DNA of 64,000 bases from Candidatus Hydrogenedentota bacterium (GCA_045863295.1 BTWA01000026.1:1-64000), one strand, 5' to 3'; positions 53,034 through 64,000 are shown, counted from the stretch's first letter. The notes: a model not told the origin generated them from the sequence alone. Program-made: numbers and translations.

Positions 53034-54299
53034 TCACGGTTCTGATGCAATTTGTTCAATCTTGTAGAGATGGGATGTCGTTCGTAGAAAGAGTGCAGTA
53101 CCGGCAACGGCCGGCGAAGCCAGTATCTCACCGTCCAACTCGTTCGTAGCCAACTCCCTGTATTCCCGCCCGGCGGCGAACACGACCGTGGTGCCTTTCT
53201 TGCCTGGCATGTAAATTCGATCTGGAGTTGCCAGCAACGATGCCCAGTAATCCCCTTTCAATTCCTGTGTCCACACTTGATTCCCAGTGGTTGCCTCGGT
53301 GCAGATCACAATTCCCCGCTCGCTTACGGAGTAAATCAGATCACCCACCAATACGGGCGATGACTCGTGCGGAGCCTCCTTGGTCATCTTCCAGACGACG
53401 TGCGTATCCGTCACATCCCCCTCGGCGCCCTGACGAACGGCCCACAATTCCGTCGCTCCGGGAGAACCGCCGGTGTTGACGAACAATAACCCGTATCCAT
53501 GGAGAATACGTGATATGGTGCTGTCGTCCCTGTAGCGGACTCGCCAAATCTCATGCCCGGTTTTTGGGTCGTGACCCGTCACAAGCAAGGCCCCATTGCT
53601 GACCATTTGAGTCCTGCCATTGATCTCGACAAAGACAGGAGTTTGATAGGATTTCTTATAAACACCCTGGATTTCATCGGTGTAGAGTTCCGCCGGGCGG
53701 TTGTATATCCAGACAGTGTCACCGGTCTTCTTGTCTAATGCGGCGATGAACTGTTTGTCGGTGCCTTCCAGGGTAACGATGATCAGATCCTCGTAAATGA
53801 CGGGTGACGATGCCGGTCCTTGCATGTGATCACAATTGAGATCCGTACGTCGCCACAAAACTTGCCCCGATTCCGTATCAATGCAGGCGGTTCCAAAGGT
53901 TCCGTAGTGAACGTAGACCCGGCCGGACTCGATTGCCGCGGAGGGTGTGGCATACGAATTCAGAGGATTTATACGCTGAGGCTCGTCCACCTGAAAAACA
54001 GATAGGTCATGGAGGATACTTCCAGACTTCCTGTCCACGGCTATTGCATATAATGCCGTTCCGTCCTTCTTGGCGGTAGTCAGCCAGATTTGCTCGCCCC
54101 ATATGACAGGTGTGGAGAATCCCGTATCGTGAATGGGAGTCTTCCATGAAATGTTTTCATTTTCCGACCAGGTCAAAGGTAAAGCATTTGACTGTACCGA
54201 CCCATCTTGCGCTGGCCCTCTCCAATCCGGCCACTCTGCCTGAGACCATGCAGACCCGCCGACCCACAAAACTATAAGCGCTTGAATACATGAACGCAT
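53034..54299 (-). CDS. PQQ-binding-like (BamB-type) beta-propeller protein
   Basis: 'WPDWRGP..DG', 'WKT', repeated 'SSP' and 'A.D.KTG..VW' motifs. Confidence 0.88.
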   Translation of the reverse strand: MRSCIQALIVLWVGGSAWSQAEWPDWRGPAQDGSVQSNALPLTWSENENISWKTPIHDTGFSTPVIWGEQIWLTTAKKDGTALYAIAVDRKSGSILHDLSVFQVDEPQRINPLNSYATPSAAIESGRVYVHYGTFGTACIDTESGQVLWRRTDLNCDHMQGPASSPVIYEDLIIVTLEGTDKQFIAALDKKTGDTVWIYNRPAELYTDEIQGVYKKSYQTPVFVEINGRTQMVSNGALLVTGHDPKTGHEIWRVRYRDDSTISRILHGYGLLFVNTGGSPGATELWAVRQGAEGDVTDTHVVWKMTKEAPHESSPVLVGDLIYSVSERGIVICTEATTGNQVWTQELKGDYWASLLATPDRIYMPGKKGTTVVFAAGREYRELATNELDGEILASPAVAGTALFLRTTSHLYKIEQIASEP

Positions 54300-54435
54300 G
54301 GTATCTCTTTGTCCCCCATCTTTGGAAATACATTTAGGGTTTCTCTATCTGCAGCGCGTTTGCACAGCGTACAACGACGGATGAGGATCTGCCGTTAGAC
54401 GACTCCCTTCGATTTCACGACCAAGTTGCGCGGGT

Positions 54436-57400
54436 TTATTTCGAATCGTTAAGAATCTGCCGCACTTCCCGCAGGAGATCCGAACGCCGATACGGCTTGG
54501 AAACGAGTTTCAGTCCTTTCTCAATGACAAAGTTCGTGTGAATTCCGTCGTGGCTGTATCCGCTGCTAAACAGAAATCGAATGCGTGGGAATTTTGACTG
54601 AATACGATCCATCACTTCTCGCCCGTTGTATTTGGGCATCATTACATCCAACAGCGCTAAGTCGATGGAATCGCCGTGCTGTTCGCACATCTGCAGCGCG
54701 GTCTCGCCATCAGACGCCGCAAAGACCCGATAACCGCCACTTTCCAACATCCGCACCGCCAATTCGCGGACCATTTCTTCGTCTTCGGCCACGAGGATGG
54801 TCTCCGAACCCCCTTCGACAATCTCTTCTCGCGGTTGAACATCCGACTCCACCGGACTTTCGACTGCAGGAAGATAAACTCTGAAAACGGTTCCCATGCC
54901 GGGTTCGCTATACACATGGATCAATCCATTGTGTTGCTTTACGATGCCATAAACAGTGGCCAGTCCGAGTCCCGTGCCCTGGCCCACGTCTTTCGTTGTG
55001 AAAAAGGGCTCGAAGATCTGTGTACTCGTTGCTTTGTCCATTCCATGACCCGTATCGGAAACGCTAAGGCAGACGTAACGGCCTTCCACCGCCCAGGGAT
55101 GTTCGGCGCAATACTGCTTGTCAATGACGATGTCTTGCGTGTCAAGCATCAGGGTCCCGCCGTCCGGCATCGCATCACGGGCGTTCACGCACAAATTCAT
55201 TAGTATTTGTTCCAGTTGCCCTTTGTCTCCGTACACCGTTCCCAGTTTTCTGCCCGGCATGAATCGCAGTTCGATATGCTCGCCAATAACCCGGCGAATC
55301 ATGCGAATGACTCCATCGATGAGCACATTCATATCCAGGTTGACCGGCTTGATGATCTGCCGCCGGCTGAATGACAAAAGTTGTTGGGTTAATTCTGCGG
55401 CGCGAACCGCCGCCTTGTGAACTTCTCGGAGCGCTCCCTTGTCTGACTCGCCAAGGCCGCTGCCTTCCAGCAATAGTCCCGTATAACCCAAAATCACTTG
55501 CAACAAATTGTTGAAATCGTGGGCTACTCCGCCGGCAAGTTGTCCAATCGCCTCCATTTTCTGCGATTGCCGGTATTGCTCCTCCAACTTGAGTTCGCCT
55601 GTAATATCGCGCTTAACCGCAACATAGTTGACAATATTGCCCGCCATATCCTGGACGGGCGTAATTACTGCATCCTCTGTATAAAGTGAACCGTCCTTCT
55701 TCTTGTTTACGATGCGTCCAATCCAAGGCTCGCCACGTAAAAGCACCTCCCACAAACCTTGATAGAATGAAAGGGGATGCTCGCCGCTCTTCAATATCCT
55801 CGGATTCTGGCCCAGCGCTTCAATCCGGGTGTAGCCGGTTACACGCTCGAAGGCGGCATTGACATACTGAATCGTTCCGTGGATATCAGTAATAACGACG
55901 ATTTCGCTGGTTTGCTCGATGGCCGTGATGAGGTGCTGCCGTTCTTCCTCCGCGCGCTTCCTCTCAGTAATGTCGCGAATGGCCGTACTCCAGCATTCCC
56001 GCCCGCCCAACGTGATTGCTGTCCCACGGACCTCTACATCGATAACGCTGCCGTCCTTTCGGATCATTCGATATTCGTAGGGTCGTTCAAATGCGTCGCG
56101 GATGCGGGAATTCACAAGCTCCCAATCATCCGCTTCAACAAAAACACTTAGTTCATTTCCAACAAGCTCTTCCCGGCTATATCCAAGAATCTTGAGCAAC
56201 GCGGTATTCACTTCGACAATCCGGCCGCCATCGGTGACTGCAATCCCTTCAAACGAGGCTTCCATAAGGGCTCTGGACCGCTTTTCGCTATCCAATAAAG
56301 CGGCCTCGGATCGCTTTCGCTGCGTAATGTCCTGCAACAAACCAATCGAACCCTCGGATTGGCCATTCGAGCCGATAAGTTCAACCGCGGCGTCTGAAAA
56401 CCAAATAATCTGCCCGGTGCGCGTCCGCACCGAGAAGTCCGACACCCACACTTTCGACTCTCCACCCCGGTACTTGGCGATTACTTTGTCAGGATTCGAA
56501 ACCTCGCCCTCCCCGATAACGAAATCCTCGACCGTAATGCTCGTCAACATGGACGGTGTAATTTCCTCCATGGGATACCCAATGAGATCGGCAATACGCG
56601 CGTCGAGAAAAGAATACTTCTCCACAGGATAATACGTATGCACGTATGGAATGGCTCCGGCGGCGGTGATGGCGCTCCGGTAGATCCCTTCTATTCGCTG
56701 AATCTCCTTTTCTTGGACGACTCGGTCCGTAATGTCCAGGATAATTCCCGTGGAACTGTCGGCAAGTCCGTCCGAACCAATAAATTCGACCGATATTTCC
56801 GAAATCCAGCGGATATCGCCCGATTTCGTCTTGACGGCCATGTCGCACTGCCAGTAGTCAAACTCGCCCCGACGGGCCCGTTGAATCGCGTCTTCCAAGG
56901 CCATGCCCGTGCCGGGGCCACGAAGGATGTACTCCAATACGATCGTATCGAGTAACTGGGGCGTAAACTCTTCGGGCGTGTAACCGGTAATGCGCGTGAT
57001 TTGGTTTCCCATGAAGGTGTACGCACTCGGATCGTATACCTGGACATACGGTGCGGCGCCCGCCGCATCAATCGCAATCTGATATGCTTTTGCTACACGC
57101 AATTCAGTGCTCTTGTGGAAGCGAAGCTCGTCGATCATGAAGAGGTGAGCAATGAGTCCGGCCAATTCGCGGCATTGCGAGACTGTCGTGTCATCCCATG
57201 CACGAGGCGCAACACGGGTTTCCAGGCTCAATGCACCCGCAAGGCGGCTGCCAAGGAAAACGGGGATATGCAACTCCAGAGTCGGCCCTGAAGAAACGGG
57301 CGAACTGGATTGAATGCCGTTTCCGCTCTCGCCGGGGTGAACGGAAACCGTATGCAACCTGACCACACGTTCAACAACAGACGGCGACAATTGAAAGTGC

Positions 57401-57621
57401 GGAGCCCCAGCGTTGTCATGCCCTTGTTCAAAGCAATCAACAACCGTCGCACGGTCGGAATCGCCTTCCGGCAACCGCCACACATAGACGCGATCCACGC
57501 AAAACAAGTCCGCGCTATGCCGCGTAAGAAACCGGACGGAGTCCATCAGCTCGCCGCTCAAAAACGCCGGCTGTGTCACAAAATTGTAGAGAAACTCGCG
57601 AAATCTACTTATGTCGCTCAT
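54436..57621 (-). CDS. Hybrid sensor histidine kinase (GAF-like, 4 PAS, HisKA, HATPase, REC)
   Basis: 'LAGGVAHDFNNLL', 'NLCVNARDAM', 'DTGHGM', 'FEPFFTTK..G.GTGLGL', receiver 'LVAEDE...LLDVMMP...KPY'. Confidence 0.95.
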   Translation of the reverse strand: MSDISRFREFLYNFVTQPAFLSGELMDSVRFLTRHSADLFCVDRVYVWRLPEGDSDRATVVDCFEQGHDNAGAPHFQLSPSVVERVVRLHTVSVHPGESGNGIQSSSPVSSGPTLELHIPVFLGSRLAGALSLETRVAPRAWDDTTVSQCRELAGLIAHLFMIDELRFHKSTELRVAKAYQIAIDAAGAAPYVQVYDPSAYTFMGNQITRITGYTPEEFTPQLLDTIVLEYILRGPGTGMALEDAIQRARRGEFDYWQCDMAVKTKSGDIRWISEISVEFIGSDGLADSSTGIILDITDRVVQEKEIQRIEGIYRSAITAAGAIPYVHTYYPVEKYSFLDARIADLIGYPMEEITPSMLTSITVEDFVIGEGEVSNPDKVIAKYRGGESKVWVSDFSVRTRTGQIIWFSDAAVELIGSNGQSEGSIGLLQDITQRKRSEAALLDSEKRSRALMEASFEGIAVTDGGRIVEVNTALLKILGYSREELVGNELSVFVEADDWELVNSRIRDAFERPYEYRMIRKDGSVIDVEVRGTAITLGGRECWSTAIRDITERKRAEEERQHLITAIEQTSEIVVITDIHGTIQYVNAAFERVTGYTRIEALGQNPRILKSGEHPLSFYQGLWEVLLRGEPWIGRIVNKKKDGSLYTEDAVITPVQDMAGNIVNYVAVKRDITGELKLEEQYRQSQKMEAIGQLAGGVAHDFNNLLQVILGYTGLLLEGSGLGESDKGALREVHKAAVRAAELTQQLLSFSRRQIIKPVNLDMNVLIDGVIRMIRRVIGEHIELRFMPGRKLGTVYGDKGQLEQILMNLCVNARDAMPDGGTLMLDTQDIVIDKQYCAEHPWAVEGRYVCLSVSDTGHGMDKATSTQIFEPFFTTKDVGQGTGLGLATVYGIVKQHNGLIHVYSEPGMGTVFRVYLPAVESPVESDVQPREEIVEGGSETILVAEDEEMVRELAVRMLESGGYRVFAASDGETALQMCEQHGDSIDLALLDVMMPKYNGREVMDRIQSKFPRIRFLFSSGYSHDGIHTNFVIEKGLKLVSKPYRRSDLLREVRQILNDSK

Positions 57622-57946
57622 ATCGGCTCATATCTTGCCCAATTCAGCATTCCCCATGTGTGCTGTGCCGTCGAGCAAAATCAGTACTGGACGCACGCTA
57701 GGCCGCCTAACGGCCTGCGGCTGTATAAGTATACGCTTGACGGGACGCCTAGCGCCATAGTCCACCGGGTAATAGCGCATCGACCTCGACAATGAGAAAG
57801 GCTTCGTATACGTGAACAGGTTTGATTTAGGATATGGGTCATGGTCGACTGACCGGTAATGTGTATCCCATTAGATCGCGCCAACCTGTCTGAGGCACCT
57901 TCCAAATGAAATCAGAGTCAGCCGTCCTGAACAGGAGGATCACGAA

Positions 57947-58705
57947 TTGACCGACAACGCGGAACCCAACTTGCTTTCTGAATCTTCACTGGCCCGTGAA
58001 GGGAAAATTATTCGTCTGATGGATTTCTTCGACCGTGCCTATATCATTAATCTACCGGAACGGGTCGATAGACGCCGCGAAATGGATGCGGAATTGAAAA
58101 AGGTTGGAATGCTCGGGCAAAGCGCGAAGCTACAGTATTTTCCCGCAGTACGCCCGGACGACGCCGGAGGGTTTCCTTCCCGCTCCGTTCGGGGCTGCTT
58201 CATGAGCCACTTGTCTGCGCTGAAGAAAGCGTACACAGAAGGCCTTTCCAATCTCCTTATTATGGAAGATGACTTGTCATTTGAACCCGCTTTTGTGGCA
58301 ACAGAAACTGCCATTGTCGAAATGCTTTCGCAACACGACTGGGGATTTGCCTACTTCGGGCACGGCTTGGCCATCCCCCCTGGAACCAAGCCCATGGAGC
58401 CATATCACGGACCCATCGTACTTGCGCACTTCTATGCGGTAAATGGCCCTTGCCTGGGTAACCTCGTCGCCTTTCTCGAACAGCTGCTGACCCGATCACC
58501 CGGCGACCCAGAAGGCGGCCCCATGCACGTGGACGGAGCATTCAGTACGTTTCGTGAACGCAATCCCGACATAGTCACCCTCGTCGCAAACCCCAGTATG
58601 GGAGGCCAACGCAGTTCCCGAAGTGATATTCATCCCTCGTGGTTTGACCGGATTCCCATCCTCCGTTCGATGGCAGGGCTGGCTCGCTCGCGCCTTAGAC
58701 GCTGA
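57947..58705 (+). CDS. Glycosyltransferase family 25-like protein
   Basis: 'YIINL.ER.DRR', 'GCF.SH', 'LIMEDD'. TTG start after AGGAGG; alternative ATG at 58019. Confidence 0.82.
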   Translation: MTDNAEPNLLSESSLAREGKIIRLMDFFDRAYIINLPERVDRRREMDAELKKVGMLGQSAKLQYFPAVRPDDAGGFPSRSVRGCFMSHLSALKKAYTEGLSNLLIMEDDLSFEPAFVATETAIVEMLSQHDWGFAYFGHGLAIPPGTKPMEPYHGPIVLAHFYAVNGPCLGNLVAFLEQLLTRSPGDPEGGPMHVDGAFSTFRERNPDIVTLVANPSMGGQRSSRSDIHPSWFDRIPILRSMAGLARSRLRR

Positions 58706-58733
58706 ATGCCAAATCCGCAGTAGTCAATCCGCC

Positions 58734-59915
58734 TCAACCATTGGGAGGCAGATTCACCCGAACAAACCGTGCTTGGCGCCGGTTGTAGTCGTAGCTGAAT
58801 ACAAGTTGACCATCCACAACAAGAGGACAGGGATAGGCGAGCGAACCCCCTGTGATCACGTCAGCCTTCACGGACCAGGTAGCCATCTCGTCGCTGCTCA
58901 GCCAGATGGAGAGCGGATCCCGGACTGCCCGTTTCCCTACTTCGCCCCCGGAATTATTATGTATCAGGGCAATACGGCCGTCAGGCAGACGAATGAGGGC
59001 CGCAAGACTGGTCGGATTGGGTATGTCGGTTTGCCAGGCATCGGTCCAGGTGCGTCCGTTGTCAAAGCTGTCTGAACGCCATAAAAAACCGCCGTACTCA
59101 GCTCTCATCAGCATGACGATACTGCCGTCTTTCCGTTGCACCAACGTGTTTTCCAACAAACCCAGTGGACGGTTCCGGATCCCACGGTGTTCTACCAATC
59201 CAAACAGGTCAGGGTCGCCGGTGGAAAGCACGGAACACCCATGCAGATGCGTCAGAAACTTGTTCGCATGATTTCGAGAATCGGGGTCGTCCGGCAATGA
59301 AACTGCCTCCGCTTCGCTCCGCGCATGGGCCGCAGGCTCTATTGCACAACGCAATGGTCGCGACCGCTTCTCAAAAAACGATATCGGAAAGAGATACTCC
59401 CCACTATGCAATTGGATGGGTCGCTGAATCATGACGTTTTCCGTATCTCGCACTTGAAACGGCTCTCGAGGCGACCAAGTGAACCCATTGTCGCTGGATT
59501 CCATTCGAAAATAGTGCCACACGGTATACTGCAACTCAGACGGCCACTCGGCCCCGAAGGCAATTATCTTGCCTCCTCGCCCTACATGTATTGTGGAGAG
59601 TGCCGCGGCATGCTTGCCTGATTCGATCAGAATATAGGGCTCACTCCACGTCACTCCATTGTCCGTGGAGCGCGACGCGAGGACGTTGTTGTCGGTCGCG
59701 GGCTCGCTGTCGCTTCCAGATAGCCACCAACATATCAAATCGCCATTCGGCACCTGGACAATGTTCGCACCACAGGCAAGCCGGTACACTGTACCGTCAT
59801 GTTCCCACCCCAGATTGCCGTCAAATACGACTGTCTCGTGAACGGTTATCACGCCGGATGCGGAACCCGGCTGGGCAAGATGGACGAGTACCATGAATGT
59901 AAGTACCATGCGCAT
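58734..59915 (-). CDS. BNR/Asp-box sialidase-family protein
   Basis: Asp boxes 'STDNGVTW', 'SSDNGFTW', 'SFDNGRTW', 'SSDEMATW'; 'RDPL', 'AYP'; signal peptide. Confidence 0.85.
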   Translation of the reverse strand: MRMVLTFMVLVHLAQPGSASGVITVHETVVFDGNLGWEHDGTVYRLACGANIVQVPNGDLICWWLSGSDSEPATDNNVLASRSTDNGVTWSEPYILIESGKHAAALSTIHVGRGGKIIAFGAEWPSELQYTVWHYFRMESSDNGFTWSPREPFQVRDTENVMIQRPIQLHSGEYLFPISFFEKRSRPLRCAIEPAAHARSEAEAVSLPDDPDSRNHANKFLTHLHGCSVLSTGDPDLFGLVEHRGIRNRPLGLLENTLVQRKDGSIVMLMRAEYGGFLWRSDSFDNGRTWTDAWQTDIPNPTSLAALIRLPDGRIALIHNNSGGEVGKRAVRDPLSIWLSSDEMATWSVKADVITGGSLAYPCPLVVDGQLVFSYDYNRRQARFVRVNLPPNG

Positions 59916-59924
59916 CCCTCTTCA

Positions 59925-62084
59925 CTACTCGGAAATAAACCCGTGCGCGCGGCCCAGGTAATAGGCCAGAAGATAGTGATAACCCTCTCGAAGACGAGTG
60001 CCTGTACCTGAATTGGACAAAACCCAGGGATCGCGATCCCAGTAAATTTCGTGGCGCTCGTCGATCTGATAGACCCGGCCATCATTCCGGTGTCCCGTAC
60101 CCGGTTTCTGATCCAAATGATCGCCAAGGGGAACCATGTCTATCCGATGCGCATTGGACATCGGCCAGTCGACAAGATCCCATGGATACCGTCTCAGTGT
60201 CTCGATGGCATCATCAAAGCACAACCGAGGAGGAGTCAAATCAGTCTCGCCCCACTGATCACGGCGAACCTTGCCGAAACAACAGGCGGCGTATATGAAA
60301 TTCTCGAATGCATTGCGCTCATACTTCTCGATGTGCCAATGCCGGTTGATGGCACGGTAATACATGCTAAGCAATTTGGGTTCCGTCTCGTACCGGATGA
60401 GGTGATAGTAATTGACGAATGCCATGTTGTCATCGGGCTGCCCAAACGTCCCGGGCCCCGCGATATCCTTGGGTTGGGTCATCCCATTCATTCCATACCC
60501 GTGTTCAATGGCCAGCCTCAAGTATTCTTCCCGGTACTTTGAATCACCGAGTATATGATGCGCGATGGAAAGGTACGTGAGTATGCTGTATGAATTCAGG
60601 CCCCTCTCGTAACACCATGCCTCGTTCTGATTCAAATCCTCCGGAGAAAAATGCCCCCACCGGGTCGGAAGTCCGTCAAAGTCGACCATGTTGTAGCCGT
60701 GATCGATTACATGATCGATAATCCGGCGCACAACGTCGCGCACAACTCGTTTCTCGTCTTCCGTTTCGCACACCCGATCATAATAAATCGCATATCCGAA
60801 AAAATGACCGTCCAGTTCATCGGAACTGGAATCATTCTTCCAATACCACTGACCGGACTCGTCCACCGGCCATCGCGGCTGGATAATCTGCCAAAGTGAA
60901 TCGGCGGCCTTCCGCTTTTGATCGTACGCCAGATCGAATTGAGGGTTGGGGTCGGGCTCGGAAGTGGGTCGAACCGCCCTCGCCACAAATCCCTTGGGCG
61001 CTGGATGGGTGCCTCCTTGGGTTACCTCACTCAAAAATGCCAGGGCGCGGAAAGCATTGGCCGCCTTGGTCTTCATCTCCGGATCGCGAGTTACCGAATA
61101 CCCCAGACTTACCGCGCCGAGGTAGAGGCCCGTATTGTGGCCATCGTTATCGGTGAATTCGGCTTTTGCCGTGCTCTTGTCGCCTGGAGACGATAGAATC
61201 GCAGGGTTTACGTATCCAAAAGTCGTGCGTCGGTGGTACTTCTCTATCTCCGCCTCAAAAAATGCCGCCTTTTCCTGAAGTGTCGTTGCTTGACTGGCAA
61301 TACACGACACGCCTGACGGAGTCGCCAGCCACGCGTTCTCCTCATCGTCAACAGCAATATCGTGCACATGGTTGTCCACCAACCACCGCCGGCCCTGGCG
61401 AAAACTCCACTCGCCACTCCTGTACCGTATGGCTCCGTTCGTTGTGCCAAACCACACGCTATCACGACCGGATGCCATGCATGTGAAATCGTTGAATGGA
61501 AGTCCCTCGGTCGCAGTAAAGAGCGTCCAGGCTCCGGAGAGATCGCGACGTCCTACCCCCTGGGGCGAAGCGAACCACAACGCGCCTTCCGGCTCATAGG
61601 CCACTGCGCGAACATCCACAGGAGCCCAGCGAACGGATCCTTCACGCGGCAACGCCAAATTCCAACGCCGCCGCTGCCACAGATAAAGGCCGTGACTGGT
61701 CGCCACGGCAATTTCGCCCGCAAATGTCGCGGCTTCCCGAATCTCGACTGGTACTCCGGCAACCTTGGTCAGTTTCTCTGTTTGGGCACTGCTCAATACC
61801 AGCCTATTGGGTGACACCCGATTTTCATGCCCTGGAACGGCTACCCACCGGTCATGTTTGAAGTTCGCGATACCACCTTCCGTGCCCGCCAGCATACCCA
61901 TCGATGGATCCCATTGGATCCACTGCACGTTGTTCGCGGGCAGGCCGTGTTCGGAGGTATATGCGCGATGAACGTCTTGTTCAAACCGCTCCACGGATAT
62001 CGGAAGATAATGAGCGGTGTCTTGCCCCAGGCAGACGGTTTGCATGGCAAAATTCATCAACGTCACCAATACTGCGAGTCGCAT
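59925..62084 (-). CDS. Secreted hypothetical protein: propeller-like repeats plus helical (possibly glycosidase-like) domain
   Basis: 'GLP.N' two-component-propeller-like repeats, then 'DNDG.NTG.Y' and 'WK.D.SSDE..GH'. ATG 62084 after AGGGGG. Confidence 0.75.
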   Translation of the reverse strand: MRLAVLVTLMNFAMQTVCLGQDTAHYLPISVERFEQDVHRAYTSEHGLPANNVQWIQWDPSMGMLAGTEGGIANFKHDRWVAVPGHENRVSPNRLVLSSAQTEKLTKVAGVPVEIREAATFAGEIAVATSHGLYLWQRRRWNLALPREGSVRWAPVDVRAVAYEPEGALWFASPQGVGRRDLSGAWTLFTATEGLPFNDFTCMASGRDSVWFGTTNGAIRYRSGEWSFRQGRRWLVDNHVHDIAVDDEENAWLATPSGVSCIASQATTLQEKAAFFEAEIEKYHRRTTFGYVNPAILSSPGDKSTAKAEFTDNDGHNTGLYLGAVSLGYSVTRDPEMKTKAANAFRALAFLSEVTQGGTHPAPKGFVARAVRPTSEPDPNPQFDLAYDQKRKAADSLWQIIQPRWPVDESGQWYWKNDSSSDELDGHFFGYAIYYDRVCETEDEKRVVRDVVRRIIDHVIDHGYNMVDFDGLPTRWGHFSPEDLNQNEAWCYERGLNSYSILTYLSIAHHILGDSKYREEYLRLAIEHGYGMNGMTQPKDIAGPGTFGQPDDNMAFVNYYHLIRYETEPKLLSMYYRAINRHWHIEKYERNAFENFIYAACCFGKVRRDQWGETDLTPPRLCFDDAIETLRRYPWDLVDWPMSNAHRIDMVPLGDHLDQKPGTGHRNDGRVYQIDERHEIYWDRDPWVLSNSGTGTRLREGYHYLLAYYLGRAHGFISE

Positions 62085-62284
62085 ATTCACCCCCTGAAAA
62101 AGTAGTCTCACTTGAATTTGCCGGGCCGCGTTCCAGGCGAGAAATCACGACACAGTGTATCAGATCAATGGCAATCACCTCCTCCAAGCGCGCTCGATCC
62201 ACGTATTCCAATGAAACACATTCCATCGAAGTGGTATCATCCGGAGCCGAATCTCCGGCAACAGCACTGAGGGAAGTTCGTCTC

Positions 62285-64000
62285 ATGGTCTACCTGATGA
62301 TGTTACTGGCAAGTTTGGGGTCGAACGAACCGCTCGTGTTCGAAGCCGACTCGTTTCGATATGTGCTCTCCCGAAACGCCACCAGTGTTGCATTCGTAGA
62401 CAAGACCACTGGCCAGGATTATTGCGACAACACAAGCGGCATCCCGTTCGCAGTATGGATTGACGAACGTGCCCACCCCGCATCCAGCGCTACGCTGGTC
62501 GACGGACAACTCGTAGTGCAATTCACCGACGCCAGCAGGCAAGCCACGTTTCGGGTAACACCATCTAAACAAAGTCTTGTATTCGAACTCGTCTCCTTGT
62601 CTCCCGCAAGTACGCCGTTGCGTGAACTCCAGTTTGCAACTATTCCGCTAACGCTGAAAGGGACCTTGGAGGAGCCGTTTGCCGTCAGCCCGCTGGCGCT
62701 GAATATCGAAACATATTGCCCGACGATTCCCGGATACACTGCAACCCTTCCGGGAGTCAAATGCTTCGAAAAGTTGGGAATGGTGGGAGCCGCGGTCGCC
62801 ATTGTCGGGTGCCCTTCGCCTCAACTTCGAGATGCACTAAAAGACGCGATCACCGGAGCCCCAGGCATCCCTCAGTCGTCCAACGGCGGACCGTGGGCCA
62901 TGGACTCGCCGATCAACCAACAGTCCTACTTCCTGGACACCACCGGCAAAGTGAACGAACAAACGGTATCCTCATGGATCGACATGCTGAACGCGCTTGG
63001 AATAAAGCAGCTGGACTTACACGGCGGTTATGCGTTTCGATTCGGCGACTATATGCCAAACCCCGCCGAGTATCCCAACGGCAGGGAAAGCCTCAAAGCC
63101 GTGGTCAATGCCCTTCACGACGCGGGCATTGCCGCTGGCCTGCACACGTACGCTATGTTCATTGCGAAAGACACTCCGTGGGTAACGCCCATCCCGGATC
63201 CGGGTCTGGCAAAGAATGCACAGTTCACTCTGGCTACGGATCTGACTACTGCTGATACAACGGTGCCGGTACTTGAAAGTACCGAATTAATGTCTCCGCT
63301 CACCGGCTTTCATCACAGAAACAGCGCCACGATTCAAATCGATGACGAGTTGATCGTGTTCTCCAATGTATCCAAAATTGAACCCTACGCATTTACTGAA
63401 TGCACGCGCGGCGCATACGGCACCGCCATCGCATTCCACGACAAAGGCGCAAACGTCTATCATCTCAAGGAATGCTTCGGCCTGTTCGCGCCGGATCCTG
63501 AATCCGACCTGTTTCATAAGGTGATCGCCGAAACAGCAAAGACCTACAACGAGTGCGGATTCGACATGATGTATATGGATGCCCTGGATGGGTCCGACGT
63601 ACTCGACGTAAAGGCTGGCGGTGAGTTCGGCTGGTATTATGCGGCCAAATTTACCTACGAATTGATGCGCCAACTGAAGAAACCGCCCCTGATGGAAATG
63701 AGCACATTCGGACATCACCTGTGGGCCGTGCGCTCACGCATGGGCGCATGGGATGCCTGCCAGCGCGCACCACATACATTTGCCGACATCCATGTGCTGT
63801 CCAACAACGAATGGCGAAAGCATTTTCTACCAACCAATCTGGGTTGGTGGGGCGTGTTTCCATGGAGCGGTGTGCAACCAAAGCGCTCCTTGCCGGAAGA
63901 CGTCGAGTACATATGCGCAAAGGCGCTCGGGACCAACAGCAGCTTGTCCCTGCTTTTGGGTTTCAATCCCGCAACATACCCAACCAGCGACAACCAGCAG
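62285..64000 (+). CDS. Partial CDS running off the window; putative glycoside-hydrolase-like TIM-barrel protein
   Basis: Absent from the ORF track because no stop is reached. Reads MVYLMMLLASLG...'YPNGRESLKAVVNALHDAGIAAGLHTY'...'GFDMMYMDALDG'. Confidence 0.75.
   Translation, partial: MVYLMMLLASLGSNEPLVFEADSFRYVLSRNATSVAFVDKTTGQDYCDNTSGIPFAVWIDERAHPASSATLVDGQLVVQFTDASRQATFRVTPSKQSLVFELVSLSPASTPLRELQFATIPLTLKGTLEEPFAVSPLALNIETYCPTIPGYTATLPGVKCFEKLGMVGAAVAIVGCPSPQLRDALKDAITGAPGIPQSSNGGPWAMDSPINQQSYFLDTTGKVNEQTVSSWIDMLNALGIKQLDLHGGYAFRFGDYMPNPAEYPNGRESLKAVVNALHDAGIAAGLHTYAMFIAKDTPWVTPIPDPGLAKNAQFTLATDLTTADTTVPVLESTELMSPLTGFHHRNSATIQIDDELIVFSNVSKIEPYAFTECTRGAYGTAIAFHDKGANVYHLKECFGLFAPDPESDLFHKVIAETAKTYNECGFDMMYMDALDGSDVLDVKAGGEFGWYYAAKFTYELMRQLKKPPLMEMSTFGHHLWAVRSRMGAWDACQRAPHTFADIHVLSNNEWRKHFLPTNLGWWGVFPWSGVQPKRSLPEDVEYICAKALGTNSSLSLLLGFNPATYPTSDNQQ

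Overview
GC-rich bacterial chromosome segment. Housekeeping and catabolic genes occupy 1-6.8 kb (DUF2200, DapA-family lyase, GlmU-like transferase, comEC) and 46.7-64 kb (SGNH esterase, PLP decarboxylase, Gfo/Idh/MocA, BamB-like propeller, hybrid histidine kinase, GT25, sialidase-like and glycoside-hydrolase-like genes). Between them, an initiator tRNA-Met gene (6742-6818) has its 3' ~50 bp repeated at 40757 and 46604. These repeats delimit two tandem genomic islands (~34 kb and ~5.8 kb), neither with a visible integrase. The large island looks like a multi-component conflict/immunity locus with three parts. (1) A proteasome-less, pupylation-like operon: Dop-like enzyme, 68-aa Pup/UBact-like tag ending -SGQ, PafA-like ligase and an 894-aa helical-repeat protein. 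It has a sigma-54 promoter facing a divergent enhancer-binding protein that lacks a recognisable HTH. (2) A split DUF4062-NACHT (NLR-like) protein whose WD40 sensors are separate genes sharing one conserved ~63-aa N-terminus (two intact copies plus a decayed third), next to an unsplit paralogue. (3) Three consecutive RyR-domain genes converging on a SLOG-SLATT-SLATT gene. The small island carries two secreted carbohydrate-active-like genes and pseudogene debris. All family assignments come from motif recognition by eye; no database searches were run.
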